A DNA stretch of 64,000 nucleotides from Paraspadella gotoi (lineage: Eukaryota; Animalia; Chaetognatha): the NCBI GenBank assembly GCA_051294375.1, contig CM119270.1, forward strand, positions 15,935,649 through 15,999,648, written 5' to 3'. Below are positions 61,989-64,000 of the stretch, piece after piece. How positions within the stretch are numbered: position 1 is the stretch's first letter; every line of letters begins with the position of its first letter. The position numbers were made by a program, and so were the translations under genes. The notes beneath the pieces are model-generated. The model was not told the origin of the DNA and did no database searches. It saw only the letters and a program-made list of their open reading frames with translations.

Positions 61989-64000
61989 TGAAACAAAAAT
62001 GTGAGATTTCAATAAGCAACATTGTTGCTGAGTAACAGGAGGCATTATACGTGAAATAAGTGAGGCGGGATAAAAAGCCTTTTTTCTTATATTCTACGAA
62101 ATTATCTACATTTGAAAAACCAGCGAACGGCATTCCGGATTACAGTTTTGCCCCCGTTATTTTGAATTATTTTCTGTCCATTTGCTTCATTGAAAACAAA
62201 ATTCGAGAGCTTTAGCTTACCTCTAAGAAAATGTTCGTTGACAGTGTTTCAATTTCCATCATTATTCTCCTTAAAGATTTTTTATACCCAGTACAAGTTT
62301 ATTATATTAATTTAATTCTCGATATTGCTTAATTTTGATTTAAATAATTCATTTGGTGAAAATCCAAAATTTTTTTTATAAAAAATATATCCAAAAATAT
62401 CGCAGTTCGATTTAGAGAATTGTAAGCGATTCGCATGTATTGCGCAAACAATATTTTTTTGTATTTAAACTATTTAAAAAGGAAAGCATAATATTTTATT
62501 TTGAAAATTTTAATAAGTTTCAAAATCCATTAACTTTTTTTAATTGTGTAGTCTTTATTACCTGGTTGTTACTGATTGTCATGCGGTTGTAAATGAAAAA
62601 ATTAAAACTCATTTTTATAAGTGACCAGTTGATCAGTTGAATAAGTTTTCATTGACAACCGCCGAAATATACAAAAAGACGGGAGAATCTGAAAAAAATA
62701 TCCTTAGAATTCAAAACAGTTTCTATGCTAACCCTGAATTAATACATTTTTTCTATTATATTTTAAGCGTTGCTTCTCTACCATTTTTAATTATTTGAGC
62801 TTGGGGTACATTGACATCTTCAATATTTCATAGTTTTATTTTCTTAACTGGATCATTACAAAATTTTAGTCCATCGATTTAAAATTGAGTAAAGATATTA
62901 ATTACTTACGTAGAGAACAAATTTAATAAAAGCAAGTGAACAACAAGAATCGGGAATCAACAATTGCTAGTTATTTAGTAACCACTTTAGTTTACCATTG
63001 AGCCACTATTCATCCAAGGGAGGGCTAAAAGAAAAACAAAATGTGATTTATGCATTATAAAATTGGTACAACCAATACAAATATCAGTTTATTTATGTAA
63101 TAAAAAGGCTATCTTACCCAATGCCATTGGACAGGTTTTGGTGGGTGAATTATACCACACCTCTTGCAATATAATAACATCCCGTTTTCAACACTATGAA
63201 GCTTATGGGACCGGGGGGGCAACCTTTCTCGGTTTTTTTTTGGGTCAATTTTTGACCACTTGAGTGAAAAACTGAAGACGTTTGTCTCTTTTTCTCTCTT
63301 ATTTTTTTTCTGTATCAAATCATGGATTTTTTAATGCCATCGATGATATACTGAAACACAGTTCTGAAATATTTGGCAACTAAATTTTTTGTTTATGCAC
63401 AGAAATCTTAATGAAACTAATTTTAATATTAACATAACTTTAGTATTACATCAGGTAATATTTTGGTACTTATCACAAGCACTGGTGCTGACTCGGTGAC
63501 AATACAAAATTTAACTAGTCATTTAATATCTAATTTATAGTTAACGAGCTTGTATATAGATAGTGACTGCTTTTGACTTAATTTATTGTTCATTAGATCA
63601 AGAAAATAAAATCGCGATTTCGAGCAATAAACTTTAATAGTTAATTTTCAATGAAGGATCTGACTTATATCCTAATATAACTCATATAAAATAATTATAA
63701 GACTTTGAATCATTTTGAAAATAATTGATGATTTTCACACTTCATAGAGGTATCTTCCGGTCCCACGAATAAGTTAGGATCTACAAAGTAAATTTTTGGA
63801 CGTGGGTATAATTTTATTTTTATTTCAAATAATTAATTAATTATCGAAACTTACCAATTATCTTGTCGCTCTTCGACTTGACCGATCAGATTGTTTTTTG
63901 CCAAGGTCCGGGTTTGCCGATTCAAGTCTAAATAGACATATTTTTTTTTTTTTTTGATTTTCAGAATTAAATTGTGACTTTTTTTTTCAATAGTCGAATA

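Overview
Eukaryotic (invertebrate animal) genomic DNA with GC-rich exons and AT-rich, mostly short spliceosomal introns. Bases 1-13.7 kb are repeat-dominated and contain two assembly gaps. This part holds an inverted repeat whose arms each carry a hammerhead-ribozyme-like core (Penelope-type), a decayed KDZ-like DNA transposon, Helentron/HINE-like elements, retroposon tails and satellites, and probably lies inside a large intron of CADPS. The 3' exons of CADPS (+) run 13.8-22.3 kb. Nine tightly spaced genes follow on the minus strand, in transcription order MGRN1/RNF157, VPS8, U2AF2, TMEM60, EXOC6, CNOT3, AAGAB, CWC15 and CSNK1A1. INPP5F/SAC2 (+) lies head-to-head with MGRN1. The most notable observations are an operon-like arrangement that may use trans-splicing, the hammerhead motifs, a GC-AG intron in U2AF2, uORFs overlapping start codons, and a tRNA-derived sequence inside a HINE-like element. 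Gene names come from my recognition of the translated sequence, not from database searches. Exon boundaries were read by eye.
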